Shown here in pieces: positions 49,937 to 64,000 of a stretch of DNA of 64,000 nucleotides (position 1 is its first letter; each line of letters starts with the position of its first letter). The translations under genes were made by a program, and so were the position numbers. The notes below the pieces were generated by a model, which was given only the letters and a program-made list of their open reading frames with translations, had not been told where the DNA came from and did no database searches. The stretch is from Dimorphilus gyrociliatus. Taxonomy: Eukaryota; Animalia; Annelida. The DNA is taken from NCBI GenBank assembly GCA_904063045.1, contig CAJFCJ010000019.1, positions 372,001 through 436,000 of the forward strand, written 5' to 3'.

Positions 49937-50538
49937 ACGCGAATCGAACGCGTTTTATTGTTCTGTATTAATCCTTCTGCAGCGTTTCTTTTCTGATGAC
50001 TACGCATATATTTTAAATGGGCAATCAATCGCATTCACGTTTTATAATTACGATTTAACGGTTACATGTTCATATATATATAGACTTTATTGATAAATGG
50101 ATATTGTTTTATGAGATTGTGTGTTTGCAAAGGCTTATGAATCGTATACGTCTTTGATTTTCTCGACCTAGTTTTCCATATTTAACAAATTTCATTTTTA
50201 AACGCCCGAAAGATATAATTTGGACGTATAAACGTTTTCGAAGTTTTTATCAATATATAATATATACAGACACCTGCCGTCGGCGGTCGACCGCCAAAGA
50301 TGTTCGCTTGCGTAACGCTCGTGACGCCTATTACGTGCAGGAGTGAGAGAAGAGCATTTGTTTTCGTTGAATGACGTCATTAATTTAGACGGTCTGTGTT
50401 GGGCGAAAACTCGGGGCGTCAACATCGCGTTGGTCTGCGGAGGCGTCGTCCGTGGCGACGGTAAACATCATAATGACCATATCCTGACCGATTATTACCT
50501 AAAAGTTCGCCCATCATCAAACACTCTTTTGCACCTGC

Positions 50539-50552
50539 CTACTAGGGGGCAG
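50539..50552 (+). promoter_or_regulatory. CTCF motif upstream of Gfi
   Basis: CTACTAGGGGGCAG, 13/14 to CCACTAGGGGGCAG. Confidence 0.65.
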
Positions 50553-53545
50553 AAGGAAAAAAACAGCTGCTGTAACGCAATAGGCCAGAAAAAGAATATT
50601 TGTTGAACTAAATTTCGCACGATGATTGTAATCACATCTTGACATTCTATTCAAAACGAATGACAGATTAATAATCAGTTTGCCTAGGCAGACGTCTGTG
50701 TTTGACTTTCGGTCTATAGGCTATAAATCGTCAATTTTTTCAATACATTTTTACCATTCATTTTATTCATCGAGGGCGCGACCCGCTTAGAGGAGAAGAA
50801 AAAAAAATGGAAAAAGGCACACGAGTATAGTCCATATATTATCGCTTATTTACGTGCGAGAGCCGGGCGAGTATCATTAACGTATACTTGGCATAGCGGC
50901 GCGCGATTTGATTGATGAAAACGAATAGAGAAAAAAATGAAAACGGCTTAAGAGCATTCCAACCTCTCACCCCCAGAAAGTAGCACTTATAAGCCAACAA
51001 CAATTGAACGTAAAATGACGTAATTCATACGTGCGACGCTTTTCAACGCGCTCGATTTAACGGAAATGTTTGCCACTATTTACACGCTTCGTTCGCGCGT
51101 TCCGATTGCTTTCAGTCAGTTTGCCAGAACGTGTGTGTAGACGTACGCCGCGTATTAGACGACGAATGGACGGCCCCAGCTGTGCCGGAAGTCGAAGCGT
51201 CACTGCCCCTCTCTCTCTTTTTTTTTTCTTCTTTCATTTACTTACCCACTTGCTCTTTCACATTCGCTTGCTGCCAAAAAAAAACGAAATCTCGAAAGGT
51301 AGACAGCAGCCCTGCAGTCTGATCGAGTTAAAGACGCCCCTTCCAAGCGTCTAGGGATGGCGTCTGTTTTGCGTCCATGTCGCTTTCAATAGATATTCGA
51401 CTTTTTTTGGCCGGACAGCCTGATCATCAATCGCGCTCACGCATTTCGCCAATATAGAATAAGTTCCACGCGTCTAAACATAGAGCATTCCGAAGTCCAT
51501 CGGGACTATAAGCGTGCATTTTCGAATTCTAAGGGGATTTCAACAAAAATATGACTCATACGATCCTTGACAGATCTCGGATAATTCGAACGTTGAAAAA
51601 TTCATTAAACGAAATGATTGCTCCAGTCCGCTTGGTTTCTTTTGTAAATTTTACTTGATAAATTTTTAATTGAAATTGAACAATGGCCGAAACACCGATT
51701 ACCTCTGAGGTTTCTACGTCAGGTGATTGATGAATACGTGTTGCGACGATTAATTACGCTCCGCTCTTTCCTTGTTTCTCAATTCAGCTTTGATCGCTCC
51801 TTTCGTCACGCCATATTCATACACACTCTTTCATTATTTCGTTACGCTCTTCTTTTTACTCTTTGCTTTCTATCTGTGTATCTGTCTCATTCTCTTCTTC
51901 TCACTATATATCTATATATCTAAATATACTTGTGTATATATAGTAGATATACAGATATATCTTAATATAACAGTGTTTTTTTTTCTTTTCATAGCTGTTC
52001 TTTTTCTATGCGTTTGTATATTTATTTAAATAAACTATATTGACCTATAGTCCTTTAGCTCTGTATGAGAACATAATTTACAGTAACACATTGAAAATCA
52101 ATGTAAATATATACAGTTGTTGTTCACTGTTTGTCATAGCTTAGGGTTGTATGTTTATATTCAGATATGACAATTTATATTTTATACACATTGCGACATG
52201 AATTATTTTATGTAGTCAATATATTTGTCTAAGTATACCATCTAGAGTCGAATTGTTCAATTATTGTTTAAGCCGTTAAAGAAGTTTATCTTGAAAAATA
52301 CAAGTATCTACATGTAGATACATGTAAAGTGCAAACACTATACAATACTATACAATAGTAAATAAGTATATAAGCGTAATTGGACAAGAGATAATTGCAT
52401 GTTAATCATACCAGTTATAGTTAGAAAACTCATACGCAACAGTGTATACCCTGACTGGATTAATGCCTACGAATATATATATATATATATAGGCTATTTA
52501 TATCACGTTTGCATGTATTTTACATTCATTTATTCATTAATCTTGTTTGTATACATCACTTTTCATATAGTTGTATACTTATTACATATTTTTAGTCAGG
52601 AATTTGCACTCAACAGCTTTACGGAAATACCGCCTTTGCATATGTCACAAGAAAGGGGCGGAAGAAGATCTCTATACATCATATTTTTGGGTTCATAACT
52701 GTTGAAAATCTTCTTCTCATCGATGGTTGAACGAGCCCTGCCACCCACCGAGTGCACATGCTGTCACGTTATTTTCGAACAGGGTGTTCGGTTCGCTTCG
52801 CCGACTTCCATCTTTTCGAAACGTTCAAATCCTTAAGCCGCCTATACAGAGTGAACCCGCATAGAAGATCTTTTTTTCTTTCTCTTTCTCTCTCTCTTTC
52901 TCTCTCTCCTTCGTATCTTCTCCTCCATTTCTTTCTCTTTGTCTTTATCCCTTATACATTGGTAGATAAAAAACTATGTACAATTGCAATTTGGTTTGAT
53001 GTATGCGGGGTAATACCAGCAGCTATGCATGTCTATGGCAATTAAATAATTAAATCGTAAACAACTGGTTAAAGTGCCATGTATAACTAACGCTGAACGG
53101 TGAACAGCTGACGTATTCTTTTCTGTTTATAAAGATATGCATACAAAGAACAAGCTTTCCTGCCTATACAATTACGAATAAATCACACGTTCGACTATAT
53201 ATGTGTCATGAGGACTTGTAGAAGTTTTAAAAAGCCTCGAGAAATAGTCTTTTTTTTGTCAGTATTATACACGCTTTCATAATAAGCAGTCAGAAAACGG
53301 CACGAAGGCCGAATAGAAAAATGAAAGCATCGAAGATTACAAAGGCCGACGGCTCTGTGCGCCTATACAATACCGTCTAGTATTAGGTACGGCTAATTTC
53401 TCGTAAAAATTGCAACGGCAGTAAAATCAACCGTTTTAAGTAGCATTATAAGAATACTATATTACAATCAACTGCCCGTATATGTTCAGTTGACCAAGGT
53501 CCGTCAAACGATTTGAATAAAGCAACAACAGCACGCGCACAGAGT

Positions 53546-53624
53546 TGCTGTGATTGGTCGACCGCCTTCTTTGCTCGGCGTTCATTGGATAGAGGTAGAC
53601 GTATGCAAATGAAGGGGGGCGGGC
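53546..53624 (+). promoter_or_regulatory. Gfi/senseless proximal promoter: CCAAT/GFI site, CCAAT box, octamer, GC box
   Basis: TGCTGTGATTGG (53546-53557), ATTGG (about 53584), ATGCAAAT (53603-53610) and GGGGGGCGGGC (53614-53624), directly upstream of ATG 53681. Confidence 0.6.
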
Positions 53625-53680
53625 TTAAGCTACATGAAGTGACTATTACAATGCAGAAGAACGATTGAGCAGCTCACATC

Positions 53681-56818
<3,138 letters not shown>

Positions 56819-56852
56819 CTTGTCCTTATATGGATTGTACAAAATAAAAAAT

Positions 56853-56856
56853 ATAC

Positions 56857-56887
<31 letters not shown>

Positions 56888-56970
56888 GTTATATATATAT
56901 ATATACATATGTAAATACATAAAACAATTATATATCTATGTATGTATAAGTACATATTTATATATACTGT

Positions 56971-57011
<41 letters not shown>

Positions 57012-57180
57012 TTAGGACAGTATATTCTTTTAAAGAGAGGAATTGTCTTCATATCTAGATGTATATATATATATGTATGTATGTATGTATGTCAATATTT
57101 ATACATTTATACATCTAGATTTATGTATATTCTATGTATATACTGATATATATATATGTATGTATATTCTGTATATGCAG
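56853..57180. repeat. (AT)n/(TATG)n low-complexity tract in the Gfi 3' region
   Basis: Direct reading; it starts about 35 nt after the stop codon. Confidence 0.9.
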
Positions 57181-60100
57181 ATGTACTGTATATGCTTTAA
57201 GGCATTTATTAAATTATATACAAAAAATCATAAGTATGATAAAAGGCGGCGTTTATCAATTGCATACGTTGTGTATAATATATACACGCATTATTTTTTA
57301 TTTATGTGGGCAAAGAGTGTTTAATTATGCGTAAGAGGATAAGAGAATAAAAATGACGTAATCAACAGAAAGCGCGTTCGAATAGTTGGAATTTAAAAGG
57401 AAGCCCTCATGCTGGTGACAGGCGCCAGGTCTGAAGGTTGCGGCGTCGATGCGGGCGTCGGACGAATATGACGACTTCGACACGGTCTTGATTAACGGCG
57501 TCTCCAGAGACGCTCGGACGGGTTGTAATCACGACGAAGATGGCCGACGGCGCACTTTTCATTGGCCCCTGAGGCGTAGTCGAGATTTCGTTGGTCGATT
57601 GTTCCATACATAGATCAGTTAGAATTACAGTTCGGCTTAGAAATTGAAGCAAAGAACCGATTTCTATTTCGTTAAAAGAGGTCAATGTCATCCGCCTTTT
57701 CTAGAATAAGGCCGCACTCGGCGTCACTCTTGATCTCATTATGGTGTCAATCTGCGGGCGTAAAGTGGAAATATTTGCGTCTGCTAACGCGTTTAACGCG
57801 AGATCCCTCCGGCTAGCGCCTGTTTGTCGCCCTTACGTAATTCAGGGCGCCCGTTTTCCGATGTTTATCTTCCCTAGTAATAATTTCATCGTGCGCGCGC
57901 AAGCAGTCTGTACCAAATGCTTCGCAATTTCGTTTGTATAGAAAGAGAATTTCTTTGATATCGACACTTCAACTAATATTATTAATAATATAGAATCAAA
58001 GTTAGCATTTAGGTCCTTTATAACTTTTATAAATATAACAGAGTATATATAGAACATATATTGTATCCTGTGTATATAATATATAATTTATACAAATAGC
58101 AAAAAGATTCGTTCCCCGGGCTAAAACGACCGCTAACTTATTTATCATATATTTTCTCGTTTTAAATCGACCGACAACTTCTTCCGTAGACATTCAACTC
58201 ACGATCTTCCCGACGGACGGGGCGAGTTGATGACGAGTCATGCTACTAAGTGATTTAGGCGTCTCTCGAAAGCGGACAATGTGTCTTGTCGATTGTTGTT
58301 CGTGATGTAGAAGGAAAAGTGGCTAGCGGCGGAAGTGAGTCGGTGCTAATTGAAACCCCGATGCTGGAAACGAGCGTTTACGTCAAAACAAAAGTGATGT
58401 AGGGAGGATGAGGGCGTGACTTCCGTTACTTTTACAGCACTTATCGCTAAGCTCATACGCTAATATCATTCTTCCCTTTAGGTAGGTTCCTCTGCATTTA
58501 TTGTTATACAATAAAAAAATTCTTGCGTTGGAACGTCGTTTCACTTCCGATAATAATAGAAAAAAAAAAGAAGTGAGGCAATTCTAACGACGAGGGGGTC
58601 GAAGTGGGGAAAAATGCCCTATAGGCTTCTTTTCTCGCGTTCTTTATCAATTCATGCAGCGGACGTTATGCACGCCGAGCGCGTTCGCCTGCTACATTCC
58701 AATTATGACATTTGACTGCTACTTTTTTAGTCTTTTTTTCTCTCCTCTCTCCCTCTTCTTTCTTTCCTTCTCTTTCTTTTCATTCCTTAAATGATTTAAT
58801 ATTAATGGTTTTTTTTGTAGTTTTCTCTCCTGGATTCTCTTTCTCTCTCTCCATTCTACACCTGAATGCTTGCTTCTATCTTTTTCCGATTGACTGTGCT
58901 ATTACCTTTCGTCCAACTTTTATTGAATACATTTTGGAAAAAGCGCCAAATTCTCTCCATAACCGTAAAACAAAGCCAATCAGAACAATTTGCCGCAAAG
59001 CGGTTACCTCTGGGAAATCATAATGTTTGTACGGATGGAAATTTCATGTGTTATTTTTTCCGGAACGTATAGACATCAAGAGATAGAAAGGAAACAGATA
59101 GACAGACACTTAGTAAGATAGAGCGCTACAAATAGGGACAGTCAACGTTCTCTCTTTAAACCGTCCCTCTCTCATAACATTCAATCAGCGTCGATTTACG
59201 CCGGGACGCTCATTTTGTATTCGACGCCCGTCTTCGTTTATTCGCCGTGTAGGGTACTCGAATAAATGAAGTACGCTGGTACTCAATTCGAACGGAAGCA
59301 GAAGGGCAAACAACAAAGTAACCGCGACGCCCCCTGTTAGCCGCCGCAACGATCCTTCTCTGTCTAACTTGACATAGATGGCCGTAACATCAGAAAGACA
59401 CTTTACAAAGGGCAAACACTGCTAAATGGAAGTTAGACAATGAACACTCTTCTGCGAATTTGCCAAATGTCGCTATTTGAATATTCATAGCTGCGTCAAT
59501 CGCGTTTACTCGAGTGTACAGGTGTTTGCCAATCAGTAAATATAATACGACGATTATATTAAGTGAAAAATTATCGTAAAAAAAACACAAAAAAAAGAAA
59601 CGGAAAAAATTAACGGTTAGAAAATCGAAGGATCATCGATAGAGCGTCGGCGTTAAAAGTAAGAGTAGATCGAAGAGCGTTAAAAACGTCCCTTTTCACA
59701 ACGATCAAAAGAAGAGCGGGAGAGGCAAACATGCAAAACAGATCAATTTTTCCCTTTCCGGCGTCGTACTACCTTTTTTTTACTATTCTTTCTTTCTTTT
59801 TTTTGATATTTATTCAGACGGCAATTTTTACAGACGTCATCTTATTCATATATATTCACGCACAAATCAAACATAAACGAGCTTGAAGAGCTAGTAAAGA
59901 ATTTGACAATTCAATGCCGAACTCGATTGAACTAACATCTTGTCTTACGTAAAATCAATATGCGGAACAACGAAGCGTAGATATCGAAAACGACCAACTA
60001 TTCTGTATAATATTTCATTTTATGGCAATATTTATTCAATAGATTAGCGGTCTTTTGTATAGGTGAAAGATGTTCCAATATCCCCTATACATACAATATT

Positions 60101-63100
60101 TATATGCATATCTATCTATGTATATCTATGTACAAAAAATCCTATATTTGTAATATTCTTCAAAGGAATGAAATTATGTTGATATTGAAATATACCAGCA
60201 TTCGTATAAAAAAATTTATGGACTGCTTTATACTTGCCCACTCATTTCGTGTATAAATAAAAAGTATATATTCACATTTATATAAACAAACAAACAACGC
60301 ATATAAAGTCGTATAAAGACAAATATGACCGCTGCAGCTCTCCACGCGCCTGTCTATACGTATGCATATTTAATCATATAACAACCCCGAAAGTGGTAGC
60401 CATTTGCGGCGACATTTTGGCAGATTTTCGCGGCATTTTCTTTGTGCCACACGCACACAATCTCCTGAAAGGTGCAATCAGATTATAGCGGTGACGTCCG
60501 TCCGCGGGGAGAAACGCCGCAAGTGACGCTGCGTTTGTCCGCATCGCCTTACGCGCATTTCTAGCATTGGCTGTGGGAGAAGGAAAGCGTTGATAGGTTT
60601 GTAAATAATTACTTTTATCCCATCTACTTTTGTCCTATTATGACGCTTTTTATCGTCGTAGAGCCAATAAGATCCGAAACAAATTTCGTATCCTTGTCAT
60701 CCAGGGTATTCGGGGTGTCAGGTGTCTTTTTCAAGCTATAAGAGAAAATGAAATAAGTACATACACTTTGCCATACATACGCGTAAAAGAAATAAAATTA
60801 ATTAACCGGTTCAAAATAATGAACATACGGACGCATGTCACAACACTTTAGGGGCGGTGAGAGGGAAAGCCTTGTGAAACGCTTTAATGATTGAGAAAAT
60901 GGGCGTTATGGAATCCGCTTATGATCTCGCCACTTATTGCCAATTAGCACTCATTTATTACTTAATTCCTTCCGCTTGGCAAACTGTCGCCGTAAAATAT
61001 AATTAATATCGCGTATCAAAAGTGGCGCCGAACGAATACTGAGTGGACAATAGAGAGGCAGCTGCCGGGGTGAAACGCTGAAAAAGAAGCGTATCAAAAG
61101 TGAAATTTCATAAGCAGTTTATTAACGCTACGCCGGGAGCAACACTCCAACATATCGAATTCAGTAGCGGTTGGTTCTTTATCGTTTTATTAAAAGAAAA
61201 TAATATTCAACGCGTCTCAAATTCTAACCGTACGGTGCACGACCGCCTTTACCCCCCTCTCCCGCGCTTAAACCTCTCTCCCGTCTCTTTTACAATGGAA
61301 AGCCTACCTCCCACCGATTGCTATATCTTTTTTTACCGTCTGCCAGATACCCGTATTTATTTAACCCTACACTTTTGCTTGTTCCTGTCCGATGTCGTTA
61401 ACTAACTCGAGTAGAAGGTGAGCAGGAACTATGCGAGTCAACAAACAGCCCCGCCTACAAACGCCCATCGTCCATTTATCGCACAATTGCCGCATTCCAC
61501 CCCCTCGTCTATACTTGACTAACTAGGCGTTAGCGTGATAGCCCTAAATAGGCCTAGGCAACCATATATATAATTAAATCAATATCTGTAAATGCGCCTT
61601 ATTCGGATAGTAATTAATCACAATCATATCTAAGTAGGGCTCAAGTGCTCTTGAACGTTCAATAATGGGCTGTCGATGTATGTAGATGCGACAGCCGAAA
61701 TAAACCTATGAACTTCAAAACAGGCCGACGTTGGAAGGTGAAACTTCAAAAAGGCCTGATTAAAATCTTCGACACCTGGCTTATTTCTCCATAAGTGTCC
61801 ATTTTCCGCTTAAGGATAATTCATCATAAACTCTTTAAAATAACATTTTCTTTAAAATTATGTATGCAAACACATAAATGTTTTTTATAGTTAAAAAAAA
61901 TTTTATTCTTATGGAAAAAGCAAGACAAAGACACTTTTTTATAAATTAAAGCCAGCATGACGATCGTATAATCGAGTTAAAGTGAACGGAAAAGACGTTC
62001 AAGAGAGCATGACGGCGTCTCTTATTCAAAACTGAAACTTGAACAAACTATGCCAGGAGGATATTGAAAGGGGAAATTTTAATTATAGAAATTTTTATAG
62101 ACGTCATCAGATAGGATTGATGATTTATAACGGTAAAAAAAAAAAGAAACGTTTTTTATGCGATCATACTAAAAGCGTAAATGTTTAGGCATAGAAACTC
62201 TAGACGATTGAATTTGATTGAAGACTCACACCGTAACGTCATAATAAAAGAATAAACTTTCAAAAATGGACGGCACCTGCTTAATCTGTTTTTTAACCTA
62301 ATATATATTATTCAGTGTTCAAGCCGCGAAGTCCAATGAGTTTTTCATATATAAAAAAGAAACGAGAATAATTATCGGCGTATCCATCTTACTTATTACA
62401 CAATCGTTTGACAATCAAAGAAAAAAGCAGGTGGCATCCTCAACGACCGTATAGAGGCGATTTGAATGGTGAAAACATCTGCATTTCAGCGCGTGCTTAT
62501 TGTCTGAGGGCAAATCGAGCTTGAACGAGAGCAGCTGAAAAGAGTGGCGACGCTTAATTAGATGATGTCTTAATTGTTGCTCTTTAACTGGCCATTTTAC
62601 GGCTTTAATTGACAGGCAACGTTTTGTAAAAGAGGGAAATCGTTTGCACTTTCCTCAATAATAGTCGATCCGGCTACTTATCTTATCTCTCATGCGCGTA
62701 TAATTGCCGCCTACTTGATTATATCAATCGTTCGCAATTATTTCTTGCCCGTATACAAACAAACATATTTGTGTATATACACACGCATAAAGTTTATACC
62801 GGTACGCAAACAAAGACAGTAAATGTCAGAAAAGCTGAGCACAACACCTCTGAGACGTTGTCAAACCACAATTAGCCAGACAAGACAAAACTGTTCGAAA
62901 TCGATACGGCCCGCCGCAATTCTTTTGCGGCAAAAGGGCAAGTATGGCAGCTATAGAATAGTTTGGCTGCACGTGATCAAGGTCAGGGTCGAACCTGAGC
63001 AAACGTCGTTTAAAAGATTTTAAGTGTTTGACATGTTTTTTATCTGAGGGCGCCGCGCAACTCTTCTTCCGCAAATCTTAGGCGACCTCAAGCGCATTCA

Positions 63101-63377
63101 TCCTTTAACAAAGGCTTGTATGCCAGTTATTGAAATAACGAATGCGGGCTCAATCTCTTTTTACTCGATGAAACGGGGCACAGTCGTAAAAATGGACAAG
63201 TCATAAAATCCCCTCTTTCGACATATGCGCCGGTCGTAAAAACAAATGCGATTCGTTGTGATTATCAGAGGCTTTTAAGCGATAAAATGAGCTGCCATCT
63301 ACCGAATAAGCTATTTGACTTACCACAATAAGACATATGTTGCAATTTTCCGCCACTCAGTACTTTTCATAACAATA

Positions 63378-63994
63378 TTATCGCTGGTCAAGCTGTTTTA
63401 ATTCAACAAAGAAGTTTTTTATTGAGAAGTATACCAAGAAGACTTTCAATTTTACGTACTTGAAGGTGTTGACCAACTGCCGGACGTCATCGGAAATGTC
63501 TCGAAAAGCTAATCGAAAATCCTCTAAGAGTGGTGTCATACTGCCGAAAAGAATGATATTGGATAATTTAATAAATTGGGCGAATGCGGAAACGTACGCT
63601 TTGGTCAATTTTTCCATTGTAATTCTCCTCCTGAAACGAATTTGAGTGTACTTGTCGACATCTGGCAAATCGACATCCGTCATAGTCCTCTCATTCTCCT
63701 TTTAAGTAAGAATAAACAAAAGAGTTATTACATAATAACACTTCATTAATGAGGACTTACTGGCTCTTCGAATCTCACTTTATTACAGATTTTCGGGTGG
63801 TAGAATTTCGAAACTTTATCATTTTGAATGTCGGCTTCATTCCGTAAACTATTCCATTTTTCTTTGTTTTTATCATCTTTAGTTTTTCCACCTGATCCAG
63901 TTATAAATTCTGCAGTTGCGTCGGTAAACCAATCTGTAAAATTTTCTTTCACCTTGTCTTCAAAACTTTTCTCGGTACCGACATAAGACGCCAT
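63378..63994 (-). CDS. Uncharacterised spliced protein, possibly 5'-truncated by the window edge
   Basis: MASYVGTEK...KVRFEEP|ENERTMTDVDLPDVDKYTQIRFRRR...VNTFKY|LDQR* with canonical GT-AG junctions. CAGCAG before the ATG could be an acceptor. Confidence 0.6.
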
Positions 63995-64000
63995 CTGCTG

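Noticed and set aside
51723-52698. Ile/Tyr/Phe-rich ORFs in the Gfi upstream region (also 12745..12936, 18650..18895, 56626..57334)
   Set aside because: These are translation artefacts of AT/TC low-complexity DNA.

Overview
AT-rich, very compact animal (bilaterian, probably spiralian) genomic DNA. Introns are mostly about 45-90 bp, many genes sit head-to-head, and no transposon, CRISPR, rRNA or tRNA is recognisable. The architecture resembles the miniature annelid Dimorphilus gyrociliatus, but that is inference only. I reconstructed about 26 spliced or single-exon genes by hand: Churchill, ACTMAP, pinin, TMEM179, a short MiT/TFE bHLH-Zip factor, a CNBD2-like protein, vestigial, HTATSF1, a LicD/FKRP-like protein, a stathmin-domain protein, two orphan membrane proteins (one with a Met/Gly-rich RTPSMM-repeat tail), a head-to-head BHMT-DMGDH pair, a coiled-coil/propeller protein, FANCB, a CUB-like membrane protein, a pseudokinase, thioredoxin, BCAS2, a DDAH lacking its catalytic Cys, an LRR receptor-like protein, NDUFAF8 (only partly visible in the ORF track), Gfi/senseless inside a large E-box-rich regulatory landscape, and one unknown gene at the right edge. 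The main leads are: the betaine-pathway BHMT-DMGDH pair with an inverted-repeat-bounded element between the genes; vestigial-HTATSF1 linkage with an enlarged, enhancer-like HTATSF1 intron; a DDAH2-like pseudoenzyme; an internalised, degenerate SNAG motif in Gfi; and CTCF-like motifs at gene boundaries. All identifications come from recalled family motifs, with no database search run.
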